From contig CM102287.1 of the NCBI GenBank assembly GCA_046563655.1, positions 2,604,001-2,668,000 of the forward strand: a DNA stretch of 64,000 nt, read 5' to 3'. Source of the stretch: Yuukianura sp. NJ FZ-2021. Lineage: Eukaryota. Shown here piece after piece: positions 35,157 through 47,280 of this stretch (positions are counted from its first letter, which is position 1; each line of letters opens with the position of its first letter). The notes beneath the pieces are model-generated. The model did not search any database, was not told the origin of the DNA, and was given only the letters and a program-made list of their open reading frames with translations. A program made the position numbers and the translations under genes.

Positions 35157-38100
35157 AATCAAAATTTGAATTTTCCCGGACTTTTCAAAAAACAAAAAAA
35201 AAATCAGCGCCAAGCGCCATTTTGTTTCAAAATTCTGTCATGTACAATGCACAACCAATGTAAAATGTTTCCCAGAATAAAAATGTTGCTTCTCCTAAGA
35301 TTTTTCTAAAAAATTTGCAAAATCGCTTAAGATTTTTGCACTAAATTGGCAATTTGAGTGTCCCGCCCCTTCGGGGCTTAAAGGAAACTTTTTTTTTTGC
35401 AAAATATTTTTGTTGAGAGGTTAATTAAAGAGTGCGAATTATCTCATCACTCAATCTGCACTCAACTCCTTTGTTAAACACGAACTGGATGGACTTGTTT
35501 TTCTTTTGCAAAAAATTACAATGTTCGGATGTGGATAAAAATCATCCCACTTCCACGATTTTTTTTTTGTAAAGTCCATTTTGTGCAAAAATTGGCATGA
35601 AACTCAAAATCCTTTTGCAAAAAAGTTTGCGTGAGCTCTGAAAACGTCAAAAGCTCCACTTGAGCAACTTGAGGAATTCATAAACAGCTCATCACGAACT
35701 TTATTTGCACTTTGTTATTTCTCTGCGCATGCGCAGAAGAGTTACGCTAACTCCATGACGGGTGGTAGGCTCGTTAGGTTGAGGTAGAAGGGGAGGTCAT
35801 GTCATGTCACTCACATGTCAACGCTTTTCAAGTCACTCATTTCCTGGACCCTTCATTACAAAAAGAGCCCTTAAGGGCCCCTCAACCCTTTCCTTATGGA
35901 ACTTTCTAATTAAACAATGCTCTCAATCCGGGGCGGGCGGTTTTAAACGAAAGGCTTTTCGACTTTTAGGAAATTTTGACTCTTTGAAACTTCAAAATTT
36001 TGAAACTTAGTAAAAACCTTTTGTTCAACAAAAGTATTCACCAAAATACTTTTCAAAACTTAGCCGCTACTGATCGACTTACTAAGCTTTTTCGTTTTGA
36101 AAAACCACAATTTGAAAAACAGCATCTGGTGAATCCACACCTTCCATGTCAGGAGCATCTTGACACCAAAGATGCTCCCACTCAGAGTAAAGGGTTAAGT
36201 TTTCAAAATTTTGATTTCAATTTTTTTCTTTTTTTGAAAAAATGTGGTTCACTCGTCTGCTGTCAATCATGAGAGCTTAGAAAGTCATTTCAAACGTCAA
36301 TTCAAAACAGCCGCTTAAAACCTGATTTTCACTTTAGGTGTTACACTTTTAACAGATACGTGGACTACTTCAAAATTTAACATTTTGAAAACCAAAAAAA
36401 TAAAATAAAATTGGAATTTAAAACTTGAACTGAATTATAGAAATTGAAAATTTTTCAAAATGATGTAGCTAACGGTTAACTATATGTGTATTGATTCTCA
36501 TTTAGTTAGCAGCATTGAGAAAAAAGTGAACATAGGTTGTGAAAGACATTTTTAAATTTTGAAGCTTCAAAATTTTTCAATTTTTAAAATTTGAAATTCA
36601 GTTCCAGCTTCAGCATGGTTATTTGTTTGACCTTTTTGCTTCACAAAAAGTTGGCGCGGAAAGGCTAAAATTTTTGTAAAAATTGGGTTAATTTGGAAAA
36701 GTTTTCCTGTAAATTATCGACTCGTGATGATTGTTATTACTGGTACTTTGCCTTTCACAAAAAACCAGCCCAATTTCTTCTGTTTCAAACAAGATCCAAT
36801 TTAAGGGCTCCTTCCAATCCAGCATCTGCTCAACGGAGGAGCCCTTAAAAAGTAGACTTAAGGGATCCGATTTTTATTTAGTTAGGGAAACGATCTAATA
36901 AGCATCTTAGAAATTAGTTAGTCCTGTGCTCTGGTGGTCGTAAGTACATGTTCAAGGTGGTCGGTTCGTCAAGGGACAGGGGGACCCTTAGCAGGGCCCT
37001 GTCACTCTCCTCACCAAAAGTCATGTCAAAGTCAACTGGTTCCTCATGACATTAATCCCTTACCACACTATTATTAAGGGGTCAAATTGAAATGGATTCG
37101 TGAATGGACTAAGGGCCCCCTCTGTACAGCTCAAAGTTAAGGGCCCCCAGTTCGCACTGCTCAAAGGAGGAAATAATCGGAGGATTTCGAGAGAAACAAT
37201 TGAGGGCGGATTTTTAAGAAGTTTGAAACTTCTTTTTTGAAATTTTGAAGAATGAAGGGGCGGGGCCCTTAGCTTCGTGGTCTGGTGGTTTAAGGGCCCC
37301 ACGAGGAATTTTTGAATTTTTTGAAAGGAGTTAAGTAGTGGTTTAGGAGAACAAAGGAATAGGATATGATTAACCTTATTAAACCCTTATGGGAAATTGG
37401 GTAGCCCAGCCCCTACTTATGCCCACTCCGTGTGGGATCCAAACTAACCAAATTTTCAAAATTTTGAAACCTAAATGAAGTTTCCAAATTTGCAAAACTT
37501 CAAATGAAACAAAATTTTGTGTAGCATCTACTGCGGTATTTTCGCAAGCGGCACTGAAGTTTAACAATTTTCGGAAATTTTGAAGTTCGAGCCTCTTAAA
37601 TTTTGGAATTACAAGAACTTTTACGGTATTTTTAAACCAATTTTTTTTGTAGACTTTTTTCAGTGTGAGTTGTTTTGTCGTTTCCACTTCCAGCACAATT
37701 AATTTTGAAACTGGAAAATTCTTCCATTTTTAATAGGATTTTTACAATCGAGGATTTCATTTTGAAAACAAATAACAACCGAGTGAGCATAAAATTTTGA
37801 AGAAACAAATTTTATGACACAAAATAAATTTCTAAATTCTCATTAAACTTTTTTCTTCTTGAAATTTACTTGTGAAGCCTTCTGTCTGCCGAGTTTTTCT
37901 AAAGTAGTTTTTTTGTTATAATAAAGCAATTATTTGAAAACCTCTTTATAAAATAACAACTTTCCATCTCTCCCGGATAAAAAAGTGATGTTGATTCCAT
38001 GAGGTTAACGTTAGGCTAAAAACCTAAACTAACAAAAAAATAAGCTACTCATTTTGTTTCCAAATCTTCACTGAATCTTCAGCCTCTCAATTGCCCTTCA

Positions 38101-41100
38101 ATCATCTCAAAACTAACAAATTATCCGTCTTCCTTTCAAGAAGCTTTTTTTACCGTAATTTATCCAAGTAGAAGCCCGGGAGCGTTATTTCGGGAAAAAA
38201 GAGAAGCAAATGGTGTTGTGTGAGAAAAAATACAACTTTTTCATTTTTGAACTTTTTTTTTTCATTTTTTGAACTTTTTTTTCATTTTGTGTGAAATTTT
38301 GTGAAGTGACGAATGGGCAGTGGGCGATGGTTGACGAATGAAGTTGTTTTTTAAATAAGCGGAAGTCCTGTCAGCCATTGCTCAACTCAAGCATGCAATC
38401 ACGAACCACAAAAAACGACAATTACTTAGACAAAGCTTAAATAAACAGAATTTTAGTTCAACAAAAGTTAGGTAAACAAAGGTAAGACAGGAGTCAAGCA
38501 GGCAGAGGAAGAGGACACTTAAGGGACCCCTCTGGAGAATTTTTTTAAACAGAATGTTTGTTTTCTGAAATTACGTATTGAAATTGTGCTTGAAGGGCCC
38601 TCCCCTTGAGACTTTTGGAAAACAATGGGTTGGTTTGAAGTGGAAAAACAAACAAGGTTTTTGAGTAGCCACTTAATTACGGAGGCAGTTCCTGTTGCGG
38701 TCATGTCCAGACAGGCAACGAGGAAGGAGGGCCAGTCCAAGCATGCAGCACGAAAACTTTTTCAAATTTTCAAAGAAGAATTAAAAAAAAAGTTTTTCGA
38801 AAAAGTTCAAATTCACTTTTTCTAAAAAAATCCAAGGTGAAAGTTTGCTACATTTATACGCCACTCAGAATATTCCAGGAACAAATTCTGTCATTTTAAG
38901 CCAAATTCTAAAGTTAACCACTGTCCACGCTCGTTCAAAACATTTTCAAAATTTCCAAAGTTTTTAAAATTTTGAAATAGTCGCATGACCTTGACCTTGA
39001 CCTGTAGGAGTGCTACTTTTACTTGTTCATAGTTTTTTACTACCGTAAGGCGGAACATGAAACAAAATACTGCTCGTTTGACTCATGTACCAGTCATGTT
39101 TCGTCGATTGTTTAAAAAAGGGGCGTGGCTTGGCCTTTTGTTTTAAAAAACGTGAGAATGGAATTCCGTAATGTTCAAAATGTTTTATGTCCGTCGTGAT
39201 TGTTTTAGAAAGAAGTTTAGAACAAGAAGTCTAAATCCCCACTCCAAGGCACCCATAAGCCACTTCATAATTCAACCGAATCAGATCACTTGATCATTCC
39301 AATTAATTCTACACAATTCCAAGTACCCCCGAGGGGTACTTAAGCAGAGGGGTACTTAAGCTTTCCACCACATTCCTCACAGATCCTAAGATTCAGAGTC
39401 TTAATTTCTGTTTCATTAATTTCAATTCAGAAGAGTTAAAAAGGAAATCATGGATTCAATTTGTAATGAACCACTTTTTGAACTTTTTTTGAACATTAAT
39501 CCCGGGCTCCCTTCATCTTTCATCTTCATCAAGAAGGTTACTTGGAAGTGTCAAAAAGTCTCCCTTAAGTCCCCCTCAGACTTGTGTTAAGGGACGCTTT
39601 AAGTCCCTTACACTTTGTGTTAAGGGACTTTTTTATAGTTTCTTGAATTGTAAATGAAGTCGGAATGACTCGTCAAAAATCGGGATTAAATGGGATCCAT
39701 TACGGTACTAATGGATGAAGGCTCAATTACGCTTCGCAGTGTAACGAATTCTGAAAAAAAAAAGTTTAAAAAATGTTAAACTTATAGAAAATTATTCTTT
39801 TTTCAAAATTTTGGGATTGTACAAATTGGAACAAGGTAATTTCCACAGTTTTTGACAAAGTAGCGAAGATTACATCTCAAGAATGCCAGCGTTTGATATC
39901 TTCAAGATCAGAATTTTCAAAAAACTAGTTTGTGAGCATGCGCCTTTCAAAATTTAAATTTTTCATTCTCTCACTTTTTCTAATCAAAAACTAAAATCTT
40001 CACTGTAAATCGTTAAAAAACTGAAATTCAGCAGAAATTTTAACACCAGGAATTAAAATCTCAAGGATTTCTTTAAGTTACACAAAAAATGTTGGTTTAA
40101 AGTTCAAAAAAATGTGAAAATCTTCCAATTTTTTCCGGTTTTACCGTTATCTTTCGCTGATGAACTGAAAACTGAAAGTTGGCTGACGCTGGTAGCGTTA
40201 CGCTGTTTTTGTGTGTTAATCCTGCTGATGCTAAGTGTGGTTGACATGGTGCGTGTCGTTTTCGGATCTGTCCAAGATCCAAGCTCAGCGCTGATTTAAA
40301 CCTCCACGCTACTCACAAACTTTTGCTCCATCAGCTTCACTTTCTTCTTGTTCCGAAGACACGAAGGCACCAACTAAAGCAACACGTCCTGCATCTCACA
40401 TCTTACATTTTGGTCCATCCGCAGCATCCGCATCTTCAGATTCTCAGATCTCCTAAGATTCTGATCCAGAAAACTTTTCAGTTATAGTGCAATATTTTAG
40501 GTTTTGGGATTATAGACTCCTGGGTTTAGAAGTTGCAGTGCAGTGATGAAGTAATACCCGGGTGTTTTCCCGGGTAGAGTTGATTTAGAGCTCTACGTGC
40601 CTCTCATTGTTTCTGCTGGATCTTCTATTTTTAGATCACATCTCAACCTAATGCTGAAAAGAGGCAATGCACAGCCATCGCATCACTCAACGCACAAATT
40701 ACATCTTCACAGATACTCACAATCAGCACAAAAATAGAAATTAACACAAATCTCTACCACCAGCAGACAAATTTCGAAATTTCGACAAAAAAATTAGACT
40801 TTCAAAATTTCAAAATTGATTTTTCTTCCAAAATTTTGTAACAGTATCCGTCGCACATCTAAAAAAAGTGTTTCAGCTTCAATCGTCCACTTCCTGACAT
40901 TCTGAAAAAATTGAGTCGCGTTTAAGCTAAACACAAAAAGTTTGGAAAAATTAAAAAAACTGAAACTGAAATTTCAGGTTTCTCCATATTCAATGCAACG
41001 TTTCTGAAACTCTTGAGAATAAAAACTCTTTAAAATTTTCGTTTCCAATTTTTTTTTCATTTTTCCTCTCCCTTCACAGTAACAAACAAGACAATTGAAA

Positions 41101-41950
41101 GTGAGTCGAACGTGATGATGGTCCGTAGCATGCAATTTGGAAATGATTCAATTTTTATTTCCAATTGCATATAAATTACATTTAATTCTCAATTGTCTCT
41201 CTTTCAAATATAAAATCCAGAGCATATGGCTCTCTATTTTATTTAAATAAGGTATAAATAACATGGTATTAAAAGAATACAAACAATGTATAAAGTGAAG
41301 TTGAATGTTAAGATGCAGAAGAGTGAAGATGAAGATGTGTGGTTGACTTTTGCATAAGAAGTCAAGAGATGAAGTTTTTTGTTGGAGTGAAGTTGATTAC
41401 CCACGTCCAGAGTAATCCTCAGAGTCTGAGTAATCATAGGAATAATCAGAGTCCTTTGCCCTCTCTGCATAACAATCAACTTCTCAAATCCACTTTAACA
41501 CAAACAAAGTGGGTGTGCAACTATATACTTCTCTCTTTTATACTTATACAAAGTCAGAATTTTATAGAAATCATAATTTAATTTTATAAAAAGTCATAAT
41601 TTTATAGAAATTATAATTTTATTAGTTTTATAAATAAGTTATAAAAAGTCTTGGGGCTGGAAGTATTTTAGTCTGTTGAAAAAAGGAAATGACTAGTTGA
41701 AAATAACAACTCCTCCCCCTCTCTTTTCAAATTGCAAAAAGTTGCAAAAAGTTGCAAAAAATTTGCAAAAAAACTAATTGCATTGCAATAAGTACTCCTC
41801 GCGAATTCCAAACTTCCGAATCTTTTGTCTGCTCTGACTCGTGCAACTTCGCTTAAATAATTTTCACGCCAGTTAAATTTTTTTCTATATCAAGCCCAAC
41901 AAAACAACTTTTAAATCAGTTTCGTGTCGGTAGTTGTATCGGATTTTTCG

Positions 41951-44900
41951 TTATACAAAGTACATGTGACCTGATGACGGACTTTCTGGAAATTGGATTG
42001 ACGCACTTCCGTCATGACTCTGACGACGCATGGCGACATTGGCGACATTGTCGCCGGTGACATTCAGAGGTCCTGGCGACTGCAGCGGAGTGTCCAGCGT
42101 CGAGTAAAGATGCTCCTCAGACGCCAAACTGCCCAAAGTATTTGTACTGTCAGACAGATTTTGTTCTGTCAGAGGCGGATAAGTACAGGAGATCGTTGAA
42201 ACTGAATTCTGATGTTCATGGGAATGGTCAATCCCGTGGGGTTGAACCCCGATCTGAAGAACCCCATGAACCCCGGAGCTTTGAACCCCGTGGGGATGAC
42301 CTTGACCCCCGCAGAACATGATTGGCTGATGGACAGAAGTTGACAACATTCCAGCGTCATTGAATCCCTGACTCACTCGTCGATTCGCCGGAACAGCGTG
42401 ATTTTGGTGGTGACAGTGTTGATGGTGGGACCAGATCGGCGGCTTCTGACCGCCAAGTCCATGGTGGGGCCAAGGCGGCTGCAGATTTTGGTGGGGCCTT
42501 TGGTGGCTCAAGATTTCGTGGACGGAGGGTAACGTTTGCGGATGGTGCTGGACTTGAGCCACTTCACTTTTCGATGGAAACGGCAGGAGTCTGCGCAGTT
42601 TTGACTTGAACTGCGGATCTGTCCATTCCAGAAGATTCGGAGTTCCGGAAGTCAGACTTTTCTGGCGATTCAGACTTTTAGTGGCCCCAGACCGATGCAT
42701 CGGCGAATCAGCCGATGCTGCATTCAGTTCCGGGAAGATTGTCACCAGAGACGACAGATTTTGTACGGAAAGAGGCGGGAGTAAGATGAAGATGAGTTTC
42801 TTTTGATGTCGACTTAGCGTTAATTGAAGTGCTCTTCTGAAATCTCCGTTATTTGTCCACTCTCGCTCCAGAAAAGTTTTGGACAAAAGAATCACAATGC
42901 GCTTACTCGCTTCTCCAGCACTCTCCATCATCTCTGGATTCCAAGCATTCTCCAGTCCCACACACAAGTCTCGATGAAAACAGAGGCGAAGGCGATTCTT
43001 GTCTTCCTCCAGTTCTGGAATTAGCTTTTCTCTTAACAGCTCCTCATCTTCCCAATTGTACACAAAATAAGCGTCAAACAGCTTCTCACTCTCAGATTCT
43101 TCCTTGTTTCTGATTGGTCGATTCATAGATCCAGCATTACTTGCCTGGAATCCAGACTTTTTTCGGAGGAATCCGAAAATTCCGACTTTTCGTCTCCCCT
43201 GACACAAAAGAGAAAGTTCTTTCCGGAAAATCAAAATTAGTCCAATAATCAGCAGAATTCCGACGATCGAGCACAAAACTATTGCCAGCATCACGGAAGT
43301 ATCGAAGTCCATTGTGCCAGCATCTCCAGCATTCCTGTCCGCCAGCACATTTTGAGCAGCATTCCTGCCCGGCAGCACATTTTGATCAAAATTTTGTGTC
43401 CCAACTGCCTGTTTTTCTGGAATTTGTGCCAGAGCGTTGTTCACACCATCATCTACTATTGGGATTCTGTCCAACTCATTATTACAAATTGAGTCGAGTG
43501 TCTGCTGTATCTGAGGAAAAGTGTGGCCCGAGAGTGTCTTCGGCTGATTCTGAGGAATAGTATGACCCTCTACAAATATTTGGCACTTGGCCAAATTGAA
43601 ATCTGCCACAATTTTAGTAGGTTTTGATTCTATCCAAGAGCGAAATGGTGTCACGAAATCACATTCACAAGACCAAGGGTTCCCTGAAATCCAGAGACCC
43701 TTCAAGTACCCGTTTCCACTCAATTCCCAAACATTAAAATCAACCAATCGATTTCCATCAATTCTTAAGTCCTCCAGAAATTTCAAATCTGCAAAAGTCT
43801 CCGAAGCTATGGATTCCAGTCGATTGTTCTGGAGAAACAATGTTTTAAGGGCCCCCAGCCCCTTGAACTCCCAGCCATCCAGGGATGTTAGTAAGTTGTT
43901 TTGGAGGTGGAGGACTTCAAGGGCTCCGAGTCCATTGAACGTCTTGTTCCTGATTGTTTCTAGTCGAGTGGCGTTGAGATACAGGCTTCTGAGGTTTCTC
44001 TTGCCAATGAAGACGTGACTGCCTAATTCTCTGATTCCGTTGCCATCTAATCGGATTTCGGTGGCTTCCATTGGAATTCTGGGAGGGAGGACTTGGTAGT
44101 CCAAATTGGAGCACTTTATAATGTTGACAGACCAAACGTTGTCATGGAAACAGGAACAGTTCAAGGGACAGGAAAAGTGACAGTCACAAAAGTCAAAGTC
44201 ACAGCAGTTGCACAAAGGGAGACACTGGCTGGTGTAGGGACACAAAAACTGGGAGGGACTTAGGTCCTGGATGGGAACTAGGGCACTGGAAGCATTTGTA
44301 CTGGCAGTATTTGTGCTGGCAGTATTTTGTGTTGTACATTTGACTGAGTCCATGTCCATGAGGTGCGGATGTTGACGAAGAATGGCCAGTTGATATTGAT
44401 TGAGACGCGGCAGCCATTCCATTGAACAGTCACAGCGAAACGGATTTCCAGCGAGGAAAAGCTCTGGAAGCGATCGAGACGCTGGAACGCTCGGGAAAGT
44501 GAAAGCTGACAGCGAAATCACTTCCAGTTCATTTCCGATCTGACACAAAAAAAAAATATTGTCTTTACGTCTTCAATTTTTCAGAATTTCTTCAAAAAAA
44601 CAACAAAAAACAAAAAAAAATTCATCATTTTTGAGCTAATTTATAAAAATCTTACCAATTCAACGCGCCTGAGGTGCGTAGAGCGACTAAAAGTTCCAGG
44701 CGCAACAGATTTTATCAAATTGTGGTTGATTCTGAGCGTTTCCAGCGATTCTGGCACAGTGTCAATGTCAATTTTAGTTAGTCTGTTGTGCGACGCGTCT
44801 AAGACGCGTAATTGACTTTTCACGGCGCGCATTTGTCCGCGCCCTTCATTTCCCAGGAACTCCAACAAATTGTAACTCAAATCCAGCCATTCTACTGTTT

Positions 44901-46704
44901 TTGGTAAAACTTGGTTAAAATCTACTCTTCGAATCCTGTTTTCCGAGATGTTGAGCCACAAAAGCGTGGGAAGTTTTTCAAGGGATGCTGGCAGTACTTC
45001 TAAATTGTTCGTATCCAGTCGAAGGGCCCTTAATTCCGGACATCCCGAGAAGGCACTTGCAGAAACCCGGTTGATCCGATTTTGTGCTAGGTTGAGTACC
45101 CTTAGACGCTTGAGTGCCCTGCAGAATCCAGGGGGTACTTCATTGATCCGATTATCAACCAGTCTCAGTCCATAAACCTCCTCGAGTCCACTAAACGACT
45201 CATTCGTTACTCTTCCGATTCTGTTTTCTCCTAAATCTAAACTTCGCAAGTATTTCAATCCTGTTTGAACAGCAGTCGGCACTTCACGTAAAATGTTGCC
45301 GGAGAGTCCAATATCCTGCAGATTTGTGCAATTGTCAAAAGCTCCGGGGGCCACGGAACCAATTTTGTTGTGGTCCAGCAATAAAGTCTGGAGGAGACCG
45401 GTGGTCGCCAGGAGGCGACCGTCGATGGTCGCCAGTCGATTTTTGGACAGATCCAGAAGTTGGAGATTTGTGAGTTGATGGAATGCCTGGGGCGCGATGG
45501 TTTCAATTCGATTGGAGTCCAAATGGAGAGCTTTGAGGTTTTTGAGAGATCCAAAGATTTGATCATCGATTAGAACAAGTTGGTTAAAAGAGAGACTTAA
45601 AAAAACCAAGCTGGAGAGATTCTGGAAAATGTCGGTTTTTATCCAGAGACTTGTGAGTTTATTTCTGGACAAATCTAGGTTGACCAAGTTAGTTAATCCA
45701 GAAAACACCGCTGGAGAAAGTGCAGTGAGGGAGTTGTTCTGGAGAAAAAGTTGTTTCAAGGCGACATTTGAGCTAAAAATTGACGGTGGCAGAGCGACGA
45801 GTCGGTTTGAACTCAAATCCAATGAAATTAGTTCACTGAGTCCAGAAAATGCTGAATCCTGGAGCTCTTCGATCAAATTGTGCTGGATTTGCAGGCGGGT
45901 GAGGGCGGGTAGACCCGCCAAAGCGGAGTTCCCTACCCGCCGGATTGCATTTTTAGAAATATCTAGATTTTGCAGGTTGAGGACACAAGCACTTTGGGAA
46001 ATACTGCCAGTAGTACTGGAAATGCTGGAAATACTGGCAGCATCGGAGCCAAACTCTTCTGGAAGATCAATGAGCCGATTAGAACTGAGATTAAGTTTGA
46101 GCAAATTAGTCAAGTCGGAACAAAAAAGTTGATCTGGAAGACTCCAGACGTTGGAGAGACTTAAGTCCAGCGAAGTAAGGGCCGTGAGCCCTTGAAAGCA
46201 ATCCGGCTCCAACTCTAATCCGATTGAAGGGCTCCAGTCACTATTCCGAGTTCGGATCGTAAGAGCCCTTAAGGCTCCGAAATTCATGAAAATCCCTCGG
46301 GGGACCCTTCGGATTTTGCAGAAATCGAAGGACACTGTGTTGAGATGAACGAGTTCAGAAAAACTTTGGTTGAGTCTCAAATGACTCTCGAAGTACAGTT
46401 TGTCACTACACTTGACATGGAGACTTGAAGTACCCTCCTTCTGGGAAGAACTGAAAGTGTAGTTCCAGAATTCAGTGTTAAGGGTACGCACGTTGCAGTT
46501 GAGGCCCTTAAGGTCACTTGACCTTTCGGAATTCTTAGTTGTGGACCAAACGCAGCCGTGACGACTGAGCTGTTCTGTTTTTTGAGAGTAGAAAGTGGCC
46601 TGAACTTGAGTAAAAAGTAAGATGATGACCGCGATTGTTGTGAAGTGACCTTGACCTTGACCTGGACACAATGCACCATTGTGGAAAAGGCGTTGTTGCT
46701 CCAT
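41951..46704 (-). CDS. Long Toll-family receptor (Tollo/Toll-6/7-like), about 1545 aa; exons 46704-44656 and 44539-41951
   Basis: Signal-like hydrophobic N-terminus, LRRs, NPFRCDCSMEWL, the Cys cluster FLCPYTSQCLPLCNCCDFDFCDC, a second LRR block with NPWSCEC, a TM segment (VMLAIVLCSIVGILLIIGLILIF) and a TIR domain (KLFDAYFVY, SKRIVILLSKTFLEREW). The phase-0 intron 44655-44540 gives RRVEL|IGN, collinear with Toll 1. Confidence 0.93.
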
Positions 46705-47034
46705 TTTTAGTTGATTTGATCCAGAACCAGTTTTACATTTCGTCTATTGTTCTTTCCACATCCTCTGATTCAAAATTGCTTTTTTCTTTTCAAAATTTTA
46801 TTGAAAGTGGAGTCTGTAAAACATAAGAAAGCCATTAGTCACTGCATAAGTTAACAAGAGAGCAATAAACTTCACAACATAAGACTTAAAAAGACAAGTG
46901 TCACTGTCACCTCTGAAACATGTCAAGGAACCTAAAGCCCCAGTGACACATCACAACTGACGTGACCCATGACAACTACCACACGCATCTTCACTCAAAT
47001 GCTAAAGAAATTCAAGAATTTCATCATTCTGACA

Positions 47035-47280
47035 AGATTTTCCGGAAAATCCGACATCTTGAAAGAGATTTTCCGGAAAATCCGACATCCTGAAACAGAT
47101 TTTCCGGAAAATCCGATCCCTGACAATTAAATACCACAAGCACCTTGATTCACGAAATTAAAGAAATTCAGAAATTTAAGAATTTCGTTATCCTTGAGAA
47201 AGATTTTCCGGAAAATCCCACATCCTGAAAAAAGATTTTCCGGAAAATCTGACATCTTGGAAAAGATTAGGAAAATCCGA
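47035..47280. repeat. 31-bp minisatellite with palindromic core GATTTTCCGGAAAATC, arranged in two blocks
   Basis: Units start at 47035, 47066 and 47097, then at about 47201, 47233 and 47264 (degenerate). It lies upstream of Toll 2, probably in a 5'-UTR intron (acceptor near 46814). Confidence 0.85.

Noticed and set aside
47035..47280. CRISPR-like array of palindromic repeats
   Set aside because: The context is eukaryotic, the inter-repeat sequences are near-identical rather than unique spacers, and there are no cas genes. It is a minisatellite.
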